Positions 48,501 to 56,403 of a DNA stretch of 64,000 bases are shown here, piece after piece. Location: IMG/VR virus record IMGVR_UViG_3300032232_001064, positions 8,860-72,859 of that record; one strand, 5' to 3'. Below the pieces are notes generated by a model. It did not search any database. It saw only the letters and a program-made list of their open reading frames with translations, and had not been told where the DNA came from. The DNA comes from a virus. Its lineage: Duplodnaviria; Caudoviricetes. The translations under genes were made by a program, and so were the position numbers. Numbering within the stretch: the stretch's first letter is position 1; the number at the start of each line of letters is the position of its first letter.

Positions 48501-51500
48501 GCTTTGACAGATCGGGACGAGAAAGAGCCCACATCTTAGTGACGTGCGTGTTTGTGACTGGTAGCCAACCTTTGGGATCGTTTAGGTCGTCCCACATCAT
48601 GTTTGCCCAGTCGACGAGCTCCTGTGGCGGATCGACTAGATCGAAGTGGCGCGGACTAATTTCATCATCGGCACTGATTCCAAAGTTGTTGATCCCTTTC
48701 TTTACGAGAGCGACGGTCTCGCGAGGGGTCAGTGTCTGCTCTTCGTCAGTGCCACGATTTATCGTGATACTTGTGATACCAAAGCGCTTTGCAACTTCAG
48801 ACGGAAAGACATTTGACTTATTATTTTTACGCTTGTCAGTGATATCTTTGCCGACAGCAGCCCAAGCAATTGAGTCAGCGGTACGCGCTTCAACGTTGTC
48901 TGGGAACTTTCCAGCAGCTTCTTCTTGGATTCCCTTGTTGAATGCTACGTAGATGATTCGATCTTTTGGCTTTTCCTTCTTGAATCGACGCGCAATAAGC
49001 TGAAGCGTGCTTGTCTTTCCAGTTCCAGCAAGTGCACGAACAACCGTGTCTTCGCCTGTCATCACAGCATCGATGATCTCGCGCTGCTGTTCTGTCGGCG
49101 GGAACTTTTCATCAGCGTACGGATCGCGTACATCAACGCCGTCACCGCTATGGTGGTCAATGTTTTGCGATCCAGCAAGGCTAGACGGCAAGCCGTCAGG
49201 GTCCACGCCGTCGTCCGGCTGCGGCGTCGCAGCTTTGATGAGATCGTCGGGGTCAGGCGTCGAGCACGGGCCGTTTGATCCGATGGAGGCGGTTAGTCCG
49301 GCAGTGCCGCAGTTCCAAGCGGCGGCGACAGCCTTGTCCATCTCGTACTGAGCAAGATCGTCTTTGTACTGCTCAAGTGCTGCGTCATACTCGGCCTTAT
49401 CGAGCTTTCTTGCTTCGAATCTGCCGTCAGCGTCCAGTAGATCTGTAGGCGTGTCCGGCTTATCAATAGCACGTGTAAGCATCGCGTCGATGATGTTCCA
49501 AGACGCTTCGGCATCGACATCAGCACTGTGCCAGCCAGAGATGCCGACATTTAGGTAGTCAGCAACCGGGCCAAGAGACTTACTTGCGCGGATCTGACCA
49601 GAAGATGTCTCAATGAAAGGCCCGTCTGGATTGGCCTTTGTCCACTTTGGAAGCGTAGAACCTGCCATGTCCATCGAGTCGATGGTGCCGGCGATGTTCA
49701 TCTCTAGACCCTGCTCACTCAGCGTTCGCTGAAGAACCTCAAGATCAAATGGCACGTTTTGGCCACCGAGAATTGGGCTTTCGCCTGCGAACTCAATGAA
49801 CTGCCTGTGAGCTTCGGCCATGCTCATTTGCTGTGCCAAGAACTCGTCTGTAACAGGCTGTCCATCACCTTGGAAAAGGTTGTCTCTTGACCAACCAGAA
49901 AGGCGGAACTCAGGATTCATGTAGACGTTGAATCGCTCGACAACCTTTCCGTCGCGGACGCGAACAGCGCCAAGTTGCACAGGTCGATTCAGCTCGTCCG
50001 GAGTGTCTGCTGTGCGGATTCCTGTAGTCTCATAATCAAAGAAAACCATTTCTGTGCCACGAATGACATCAGCTGCTTCTTGCCAGTTGTCGACACCTGT
50101 CAGCATTTCTTCCATCTGACCAGTGAAGCCACCTTGCTTTGGCTTCTTTGGCGCAGACGGACGGTGAAGTGCAGGCTTATCGCCCTTTGGCGGCAAAGTG
50201 CTGCCACGAGCAGCGTCGATTGTTGTCGACTCGTTCCACTCTTTGCGTTGTGATTCGTGCCCGGGGTAATAGCCCTGAACGCTTACCTTGCCCTTAGGAG
50301 TGGACTCGTCGCGGAAGACTTTTTCAATGACGAAAGAATCTCCGGCTGTGATGTCTCCAGGCTGAAGGTCCTGCGCCTCAAAGCCCATGGACTCCGTGAG
50401 CGGTACGGGTTCGGGGAAGAGGTTCGGATCTTCATTTCCTTCAGGAAGGTTGAACCGATCGATGATGTCTTGACGGCGAGACTTCAACTTATCTTTGATC
50501 AGCGCCGCTTGCTCTGGATCGCTGATCATCTGATCAACCATCTCGTCAATGCGAGACGGTGCGATGTCTCTGACCTTCATCGCACCGATGCGAAGCTGCT
50601 CGTCTGTCGCGCCTTCGAACACCCGGGCCGCTTGCGGATACGTATCAGGATCACGCATGATGTCGAGGTGGTTCGCGTTACGAGCGAAGAGCCCACCCTT
50701 AGGCTTTCCTGTTGCCGACCAAATAAGAGTGCCGCCCTGGTCAACGCGAACGGGCTCTCCATTCTTGTCGAGAACGATGTTTGTTGAACCATCGGCAACA
50801 TAGCCAATAACGTCGTAGTTTCCTAGCCACGCGTCAACAACAAAGTCCTCGCGAACTGCATCAAGAATCTTCGAATCATTGACGTCCATCGCGTCGATAA
50901 AGCCGCTAGTGTCAGCATTTGGAACTAGAGGAGAGACGATTCTAAGTTCGCCGTTCTTGTCTCCTAGTCCGGTGCCTGCAACGTTGACGCCGAGTTCTTC
51001 ATAGAATGACGCGGCAAGCGCCTCTACCTCAGCGTGCGATTGCGACCTAGGAACCTTTACATAGTACTCATTGCCTTGCGGATCCCTAAAGAACCCACCT
51101 TGGTTGCTACCAGTTCCAGCTGCAAACTGTTTCCAGTTTTCCATCCCAGTGTACGCAATTTTGCTGGGAGCTTTTTGTTCTTGAGCACTCGGCGCGTTAG
51201 GAGTTTCTTCTGGAACAGCAGTTTCTACAACCTCTTGTGCAGAAGGCTGTTTCGGCGTGCGGCGAACTTGCACGACGTATTCATCGCCGGTTTTCCCATA
51301 GGCTAGAGGTTGCTTGCGCACAGAAACTACTTCAAGATCGCCATATCCGAAGTGCTCATTTTCAGGGAACCACGAGAATTTTTTAGCCTCGATCGAATCA
51401 AGTTCTCCAGGTAGCGCTTCAAAAACTACACGAGAGCCTGGACGACCAGCGTGGATCATCTGCGAATCCCATGATCCATCTGTAAGATCGCGGTCTCCCC

Positions 51501-54500
51501 AGGACCTAGGCTCAAACCCGAACCTTGAACCTTCAGTCGTATATAGATCAAGAAGATCTGAATCATTGTTATCTACATAGACAACGCGATACAGAGGTAC
51601 TTCATTTGGCTTTGCTGCAGCCTTCGTCAAACGGAAGAAGTGGCCGACGGTATCGCCGCGTTCGAACGGAAGGTAGCCATTAAGAATGTCATTACGCTCT
51701 CGATTGAAGTGGTCGAAGCCACCGTAGTCTGCGCCTATTTGATCGTAAAGTTGCTTTGCTTCGTTGACAAGATTCTCGTCAACATTAGTATCGTCGCCGC
51801 CAATATGCCTAAAGATCGCATTGAAAATTTGATCAGTACTCTCTTCAGAGCCGGGTCTTGGCCACGGCGTCTTGAGGTGCTCTTCAATGCCTGAATCGCC
51901 GCCGTCGAGAGAAAGCAACATTCCCCAGAAGCCAGCGAATGCCGCATTCTCTTCTGAATTTTTACTTAGAGCGTACGGTAGAAGTTTTTCAAGAGTATTC
52001 TCAAGATCTCTTCCAATATTCCAACTCGTAGGCTCTTTAGTTAGGTCTTGCAGATCTTGTAGAACCTTGCCTATTTCGGCGTATTTGTCGTTTGTCTCGA
52101 CAAAATCCATGATTTCATGAGTCACGCGATCGACGTTCGCGGCAAATGGCGTCATCTTTGGCTGCTGACGAATCTCCGGCTCGCGAAGTCGCTCCAGCGT
52201 TTCGTTCGTTACCGGAATTTCATTGCGGAACGGGTTTGACTCAGGCTTATCAAGCATGCCGGTGACTTCGGCATTGATCCGCTCAACGTTGGTCATTTCG
52301 CGGTTTGGATCGAGCTTTGAGTCATATATTGCCGCGACAATCAAGTCACCGTCATGGCCTTGGTTGTTGATCGCCTCGAACAGGGCCTCGGCTTTTACAG
52401 ATTCTGGACCATCTCTGAACTCAAGTGTTCCTGATCCTGAAGCCGGTTCTCCGTTACTTGAAGGAAGAATAGCCTCTTTAAGAGCCTGGGCCAGTTCGTC
52501 GACTTCAAACATAGAGGAAAGTACGACGGGGTCGTCTGTAAAGTCTGCACTCTTCTCGTTTGTGCGTCCCTGCGGTTGGTACTCTCTAAAGATATCTACC
52601 TTGTACGCGCCAGGAGGCGTGTCCATGATGCTGTCAAATGCAGCGTCAAACGCTGATTTATCCATGGTGTCGTCCACTGACGCATCGTTTACCTCTACAG
52701 GTAGCGCGTCAATCTTGTCAACGATAAATGTACGATCTTCTCCGTCACCATGGCTAAATCCAACAACATTAGTAGTTCCAGTGTTTGGATTGGTGTAGAT
52801 GCGTTCCGGAGTGAACACACGTTCTTTTCCGTTATAGTCAAACCGAATTGGTGACTTGCTTCCTATAGCATCTTCAATTTGCGAACGAAGATTGCCGACT
52901 GTTTCGCCGATAAGAGGCGATGCGTCTTCCGGGATTTCTGGAGCGGTCTTCTTTTCGACCATCTTTTCGACAGTAAACGTTCGCTTTTCGCCGCTATCAT
53001 CAATGCCGATGACATTGGTGTTTCCGGTCTGATTGTTGACCCACGAGCCAGTCGGCGTGAATGTGCGCTCTTTACCGTTGTAGTCGAATCGAACCTGAGT
53101 GCCGTCGGCGATTGCTTGTTCGATCTGCGCGATCTTGTCCTGTGGCGACTTCCCGGTAATATCTCTTGGGCTACCTGTCGGCAGCGCAGCAGCAGCAGGT
53201 TCAGCGGCCTCCGGAGCGTTTACTTCTGGAGCGACCTGTTCGGGAGCGCCGGCTTCAGCCTGCTTTAGAATATCGTCAATCGTGTCCGCGACCGCAGGGT
53301 GCAGCTCACCGCGATCGCGCATGGCGAGAATCTCATCGGCTGTGAAGTATCCAGCGTCAGTTGTTTCATAGCCGTCGATCTTGTACTTGTCTTTGTCCTC
53401 AGGCTTGATATCAGCGATGACAGTGCTGTATCCCCAACCGGGCTCGACTTGGTTTACATGCACACCCTTTACTTCAGGTGTGTAGTCGAGGTTCATGTTC
53501 AGCTCTTCGCTGAGTTCCTCGAGTGCAGTTCCTACGGGATCATTCGCAGAGTCGCGGTCCTTGTACGCGCCGCCTGGGAAGCCCCACTTGCCGCCGCCAC
53601 CGGACACCCACGTCGCACGCTTGCCAAGCATGTAGCGGGGGACACCGTCTTCGCCTACGGTGCGAGGAAGAATGCCGGCGCCACCGTACTTACCCCAGTA
53701 GCGCTTTCCGTTTTCAGCGAAGTAGTAACCTTCGCCGTTTTCGTCTGACTTTGTGTCGCCTTCAAGTGGAATGAACAGCGGCAATACGGGAGGCGTCAAA
53801 CTTCCATCACGAATTTGATCGGCTGTGCCCCATGAGTAGCCGTAGCCAACCGCGATCCCGTCCTTGTCGGCGCGGATCGTTCCACCGTTCCAAGAGATCG
53901 GCTTAGCCGGCTCGGGCTCGGGTGTCGGCGCGGTCTCTGCAGGCTTTTCGAGCTCTGGAATATCAGCAGCAGGGGCATCACGCAGTGACGGATCAAGACC
54001 GGCGCTTTCCACCTGATCTTGCGTCAGAGGATCGCCGCTCGGGTCGGTGTACTCGCCCTTTGTAGCGTCCCAGCGCACTTCATCGCGATCAATTTTTGCA
54101 GCGCTCGGCGCTTCGGCAGCCGGAGGTAGCGTGGGCGGAGGAAGCGGTTGCTTTTGCTCGCCGGGCGTGGGCGGAGGAAGTACCTGACGCTCGGCTACGC
54201 TAGGCGGAGGAAGTTGTTCTTTCTTCTGATCTTTGCCTTCGGGCGGGTAGATCTTCGTTTCAGGAAGAACGTCTACTTCTTTTGCGTTACGGACAGCTTC
54301 AATGTCTGCAACTAGATTTTCGTGCCCTGTACGATCCTCAGGCTTTGCGCGTGTACCATCGAGGACGCGACCGATGAGATCGCTCCACGTCTGTGCTCTT
54401 GAAAGCATGAATTCACGGAACTTAGACCCAAGCGGCGCATCGTCAGCGGCGTCAAGGGCGTCATCAGCCTTGTCCATGGCTCCTGAAACCATTGACGGTT

Positions 54501-56388
54501 CGTAGTCCGGCAGATCAACGCCAGCAAAGTCCTGCATCACATAGGGGCTTTTGGCTTCACCAGAGATGTAGCCGGCACCATTTGGCGTAACTGAACTTGT
54601 TGTCTTGCCGTAAGGCGTGTCAAGTGCACGCTTAGCGTCGGCCATCCGATACCAAGTGTTCGTGCTGATGTAGTCGCCATCTGACATCGCCTGCACGAAG
54701 TTGCTTATATTCGTTGCAACGCTCAGAGAGATGCCGTTCGAGATGATCTGGTTGCTGTCCGTTGAGAAGTACGGACGATCAATTGTTCCACCGTCGAGAC
54801 CTCCAGCCCATGCGACAAGGTCGGCTTTGCCGGCTTCATCTAGAATGCCAGGCGTGCCGTCAAACGACGCGTACGCAGGATCCTTTGAGACATTCTTAAG
54901 TAGCGCCTTGTACTGCTTAGGCGTAAACATGTCAGACTTGCTGTTGGCGATCTTCTTTCGAAGATCGTCTGTCGGGTTCTGACGAGCAAAGTCAACAGCC
55001 TTTTGCCACTCGGGATTGTCGAACGAAGAAAATGTCGGATTCTTTATCTGCTTCTGAATCCAAGCTTCAGCTTTCTTCTCTGAATAGCTTGGCTTTTCAT
55101 CATAAAGCCGTTTCTTAAATTCTGCCTTAAAGCCGGGAGCATCCTGTGTCCACCCGTCTTCAAACATTCCATCGAGAAGCGCATCGTACGGCTCGCCGGA
55201 GTCGCCTGCTGAGGGCGGCGCTTTCTGCCCAGACTTTTCAATCTTTTCAGCATTTCTCTTTACAGTCTCGTATTTATTCGAGTCGCTCTTCGCTGCTTTC
55301 TGAACATCAGCCCACGACTTGCCACGCTTGACAAGGTCGCCAACAGAGTTGTTATCGAGGTTCGCACGGTGAAGTTCGTACGCAGGCGCGTCGCCAAGCT
55401 GCTTCAGCGCAAAGTAACCGTCGTCTGAGACGTACGTTTCGAGGTTGCCTTCTGTCTTGACTTTTGTCCAACCTGTGGGCTGATCAAGACGAGCAAGTTC
55501 AGATGAATCAACAAAAACCTTGTCGCTACCTGTTGCTCTACTCTTTACGCCGGGAAGTTTATCGAGAAACGGACGTGAAAGAATGGCGCGAGCTGTTTCA
55601 CCTTTTACAGAAGGAAGCGAGTAGATTCCGTCAGGTAGAACACCTGTATCTGTGAGCTCAACTTCAATGGCATCAGTTCCGGACGCGCCGACAACTCGAC
55701 CAGATACAGTGCGGAAACTCATGTCCGGCATGCGCACGTTAAAGATGAACCCGCCGCCCATGAAGGCAAACCGACCGTATCGGTCACGGCGCTGCATGCG
55801 TGCGCGTGCTGAACGCGCGGCGGAAGAGTTTCCACCCATTCCAAATCCGGCAACCGCAATAATTGGATTGAGCTTCAGCGGATCAGCTGTGACGTAGATC
55901 GGCGCGCTCGAGAGAGCAAGACGTGCGAATGCGTGATCACGCTGAGCAGATCCAGGGAGTGCACTAAACGCAGAAGCAACAAGTGGACGAATTGCCGGGT
56001 CAATCGCCGTATCAGCCGCAAGCCACTGCGCGTGCGCGCGGCGAAGAGCCGATGCAGTCATCGCGTGAGGCTTAGTCGACGCAGGGTGCCCGACAGGTAG
56101 CAGGTCGGCGTTGCGAAGAGCGCCTGTTGTCTGCTTATTGCGAATCGAGAGAGCAACATGCGCGTTCACGGCTCGAAGCGCAGAGAACACTCTGGCCTCA
56201 GGCTGCAAACGTGTCGTAAACGCGAGGTCACGGTTGGCCACAGTGATCGCGGCCTTGATCGGCACGCGACGCTCAGGCAACGCCTCGGCATTGGCGGCAT
56301 TTACGCGAAGAACGATCTGTGAACGCAGTCGTGCACCGTGGTAGTGAATGAACTGCGTTTTTGCCGTCTTGTTGCTACTCTTTTTCAT
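42553..56388 (-). CDS. giant 4611-aa polyvalent head/internal protein (NUDIX, 2x WYL-like, ART-like, kinase-like, DEDDh exonuclease, UvrD-like helicase)
   Basis: Single uninterrupted ORF in the head module. Motifs: KWGFPGG...ELSEEL; RFDYNGKER.FTP...RTF x2; YYVK...DAWLGNYD...VDQGG; FFDYETTG...QNVPFD...HSADVD; LAGTGKT...DEAQD...GDGNQAIY.FRG...HRSKGLE...YVAVTRAK. Confidence 0.9.
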   Translation of the reverse strand: MKKSSNKTAKTQFIHYHGARLRSQIVLRVNAANAEALPERRVPIKAAITVANRDLAFTTRLQPEARVFSALRAVNAHVALSIRNKQTTGALRNADLLPVGHPASTKPHAMTASALRRAHAQWLAADTAIDPAIRPLVASAFSALPGSAQRDHAFARLALSSAPIYVTADPLKLNPIIAVAGFGMGGNSSAARSARARMQRRDRYGRFAFMGGGFIFNVRMPDMSFRTVSGRVVGASGTDAIEVELTDTGVLPDGIYSLPSVKGETARAILSRPFLDKLPGVKSRATGSDKVFVDSSELARLDQPTGWTKVKTEGNLETYVSDDGYFALKQLGDAPAYELHRANLDNNSVGDLVKRGKSWADVQKAAKSDSNKYETVKRNAEKIEKSGQKAPPSAGDSGEPYDALLDGMFEDGWTQDAPGFKAEFKKRLYDEKPSYSEKKAEAWIQKQIKNPTFSSFDNPEWQKAVDFARQNPTDDLRKKIANSKSDMFTPKQYKALLKNVSKDPAYASFDGTPGILDEAGKADLVAWAGGLDGGTIDRPYFSTDSNQIISNGISLSVATNISNFVQAMSDGDYISTNTWYRMADAKRALDTPYGKTTSSVTPNGAGYISGEAKSPYVMQDFAGVDLPDYEPSMVSGAMDKADDALDAADDAPLGSKFREFMLSRAQTWSDLIGRVLDGTRAKPEDRTGHENLVADIEAVRNAKEVDVLPETKIYPPEGKDQKKEQLPPPSVAERQVLPPPTPGEQKQPLPPPTLPPAAEAPSAAKIDRDEVRWDATKGEYTDPSGDPLTQDQVESAGLDPSLRDAPAADIPELEKPAETAPTPEPEPAKPISWNGGTIRADKDGIAVGYGYSWGTADQIRDGSLTPPVLPLFIPLEGDTKSDENGEGYYFAENGKRYWGKYGGAGILPRTVGEDGVPRYMLGKRATWVSGGGGKWGFPGGAYKDRDSANDPVGTALEELSEELNMNLDYTPEVKGVHVNQVEPGWGYSTVIADIKPEDKDKYKIDGYETTDAGYFTADEILAMRDRGELHPAVADTIDDILKQAEAGAPEQVAPEVNAPEAAEPAAAALPTGSPRDITGKSPQDKIAQIEQAIADGTQVRFDYNGKERTFTPTGSWVNNQTGNTNVIGIDDSGEKRTFTVEKMVEKKTAPEIPEDASPLIGETVGNLRSQIEDAIGSKSPIRFDYNGKERVFTPERIYTNPNTGTTNVVGFSHGDGEDRTFIVDKIDALPVEVNDASVDDTMDKSAFDAAFDSIMDTPPGAYKVDIFREYQPQGRTNEKSADFTDDPVVLSSMFEVDELAQALKEAILPSSNGEPASGSGTLEFRDGPESVKAEALFEAINNQGHDGDLIVAAIYDSKLDPNREMTNVERINAEVTGMLDKPESNPFRNEIPVTNETLERLREPEIRQQPKMTPFAANVDRVTHEIMDFVETNDKYAEIGKVLQDLQDLTKEPTSWNIGRDLENTLEKLLPYALSKNSEENAAFAGFWGMLLSLDGGDSGIEEHLKTPWPRPGSEESTDQIFNAIFRHIGGDDTNVDENLVNEAKQLYDQIGADYGGFDHFNRERNDILNGYLPFERGDTVGHFFRLTKAAAKPNEVPLYRVVYVDNNDSDLLDLYTTEGSRFGFEPRSWGDRDLTDGSWDSQMIHAGRPGSRVVFEALPGELDSIEAKKFSWFPENEHFGYGDLEVVSVRKQPLAYGKTGDEYVVQVRRTPKQPSAQEVVETAVPEETPNAPSAQEQKAPSKIAYTGMENWKQFAAGTGSNQGGFFRDPQGNEYYVKVPRSQSHAEVEALAASFYEELGVNVAGTGLGDKNGELRIVSPLVPNADTSGFIDAMDVNDSKILDAVREDFVVDAWLGNYDVIGYVADGSTNIVLDKNGEPVRVDQGGTLIWSATGKPKGGLFARNANHLDIMRDPDTYPQAARVFEGATDEQLRIGAMKVRDIAPSRIDEMVDQMISDPEQAALIKDKLKSRRQDIIDRFNLPEGNEDPNLFPEPVPLTESMGFEAQDLQPGDITAGDSFVIEKVFRDESTPKGKVSVQGYYPGHESQRKEWNESTTIDAARGSTLPPKGDKPALHRPSAPKKPKQGGFTGQMEEMLTGVDNWQEAADVIRGTEMVFFDYETTGIRTADTPDELNRPVQLGAVRVRDGKVVERFNVYMNPEFRLSGWSRDNLFQGDGQPVTDEFLAQQMSMAEAHRQFIEFAGESPILGGQNVPFDLEVLQRTLSEQGLEMNIAGTIDSMDMAGSTLPKWTKANPDGPFIETSSGQIRASKSLGPVADYLNVGISGWHSADVDAEASWNIIDAMLTRAIDKPDTPTDLLDADGRFEARKLDKAEYDAALEQYKDDLAQYEMDKAVAAAWNCGTAGLTASIGSNGPCSTPDPDDLIKAATPQPDDGVDPDGLPSSLAGSQNIDHHSGDGVDVRDPYADEKFPPTEQQREIIDAVMTGEDTVVRALAGTGKTSTLQLIARRFKKEKPKDRIIYVAFNKGIQEEAAGKFPDNVEARTADSIAWAAVGKDITDKRKNNKSNVFPSEVAKRFGITSITINRGTDEEQTLTPRETVALVKKGINNFGISADDEISPRHFDLVDPPQELVDWANMMWDDLNDPKGWLPVTNTHVTKMWALSRPDLSKQGAGLKTPANTIFFDEAQDINPVIGKVIADQSIQKVYVGDGNQAIYAFRGAEDELQKVEATHDLPLTKSWRFGPQVAGIGNRFLSLLGSKYRIEGAGPDGEIVDRGSMDNADAVLVRSNAGAIKAIFDQLELGRTVGVSANYKNSLEDFSDTARWLMDGAFPAEKPKNISDELAQYRSWDEVLKDAKDGENRRLKLFVDLIDEIGIDGLNDMLSRVKVHKGGEDGKAKPVDLVDAVDMSSGMSGLVVDTPKGPLNYSVTGDTIALGGATFDVKDQIKAAGFAWNKDNKTWVRSVSSPEGRADAVNKLKKSLSGGDEGIDVVVTTAHRSKGLEWDNVKIYDDFWGPRIDKNTGETIMPSPEEMRLAYVAVTRAKKRLDPGALDWVYGYTSNDDELPNVPGKNVPEGFAPPTGEPVDFMAPPTGPAVDLPPPGAPEAPNAPEVPETPQAPEAPEVPEVSEAPNAPEVVETPQAPEAPAAIDPAVRKAELDKYELVDNGDGEWDAKGNESSYLREDYYGNWDVTVDNVNVGNKKTLEEAQAFYNEKVAEAVDAKLNAELQSTEERNAATPEVPHEEVSAGETGTPETPDGVEPTGSLPPVNTPEFDEQMSEIVADLNDTLDALKGMPSQTKQFKDLLNEALDIADRYTKGDITFEEAASELQDLSAKLDGLPEKGPNTIFTRASITNLHRLFADRPIGKGLPPDGSGLGYSKEGIFITPGMRVRDKWGFAGTVIRYNEADYINVYIIQDVDPRDPDKVKKGKWGPKANTTSKNTKTLTVIKEGDDNSPWLDTGKVPESKKPKNLEEQLRLLEEMNGRDDGEGPVGVVEPGPAPDSGGGGEAGEPEAGTTEALRENVEEQKKEEAWAGGEEERKPAPSNGIQQVPATDAEPGPLKPSPNDGKYGFSVGDTLTYRATGGDLRTGTVVEIQDDVKNGEPGFVIRNSDGTEFWGYNDQIESIKKAEEKPKPAFAPPSGAPVNTPEMTTKLGTHVATPDLTQEGSNAAPDHTPRDKELLEKMIAEGPNAVGSEFTANWVNHLAEFRDSGVVDQEATNAIEMIEMLGDSDALYAASEEFALLQNLRAGIAIFTEAGPQEAMKETSTFKRTPKDKPITGVEDYVYMTMIGKGKLTPESFYTDLARYYDDPSLIDKEMTPASAFLRAMRSAGVKENTSYARWVKFDVPLNDESHPLHQLSYVGQEFDLRPSSWTFENNLGNVVREFDNGAFQGSPSDYAKSQLLDTGDVVLVVDGVQAFNISGTSALPYEVESVVSNGKYRVVSVEPYMMPLSVDEEYGEITEFLPTTRIRLESIDKPPATETPEPVAPEPVEAPEVDPNVLPIGDFSSSHIEGSGSLQEAMSKTSGTPQAIMASLVDGDDIEDLVVKVSVLERFGSKSDDLGGQELRHVMTLKLTEATGFKLYNKARGKKDGWKQHKEGSGIEYRTFDPVSGTFSSDPSKMSWSDYVYGANTEAFEYLDPDKRFRIVAMPRDFSQLHGQKPSVTANAVNIEFSETYPSDEAVQDALAVLGVKEPRQAAPADLHLAVGKKLIRSLSGVRNPTDAEYYLAQIKKDFGVAPEDFTVRTNSSGFIDVLGPQELADKIIEKTKLSGLTHDFSLHGVTAERKAEYLVNIILNGDNSPGALMSAAQRFQLGLIYEGLSTSDDLKSGAGDYVFLSQKGEMQSPHLIDEHLTYSGTATVIFDDHKVLRRVDTWANSDDLFGATAAHDDYLANIGTGYYEFMLKNHASLLDATAIVVSEDQRTVVLDLLRQRNVSEINGIPIEDFIGIAGRGPVTERGRFEKAELEKFGERLVEDAPNARDFIESARDDRNGPLSNNYDLWGMDNLGGVTGVPKIALYNPKTGQIIAYKTTGNGTPLVFRIESFNSTEPRRLAILGLQEVQALDPDSPKWVKFGKYGHSGEELAGFDLAQDRLKTVDAIMYAFRGGQMSGEDVYDALLVMLRLDLPDDVRTMIVNYLYGSSGGLKKFGPAYR

Positions 56389-56403
56389 AACAGCCTGTCT
56401 GTC

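Noticed and set aside
54120-54215. Three 36-nt-spaced GGCGGAGGAAG repeats in the giant gene
   Set aside because: They encode LPPP linker repeats; an ordinary low-complexity spacer.
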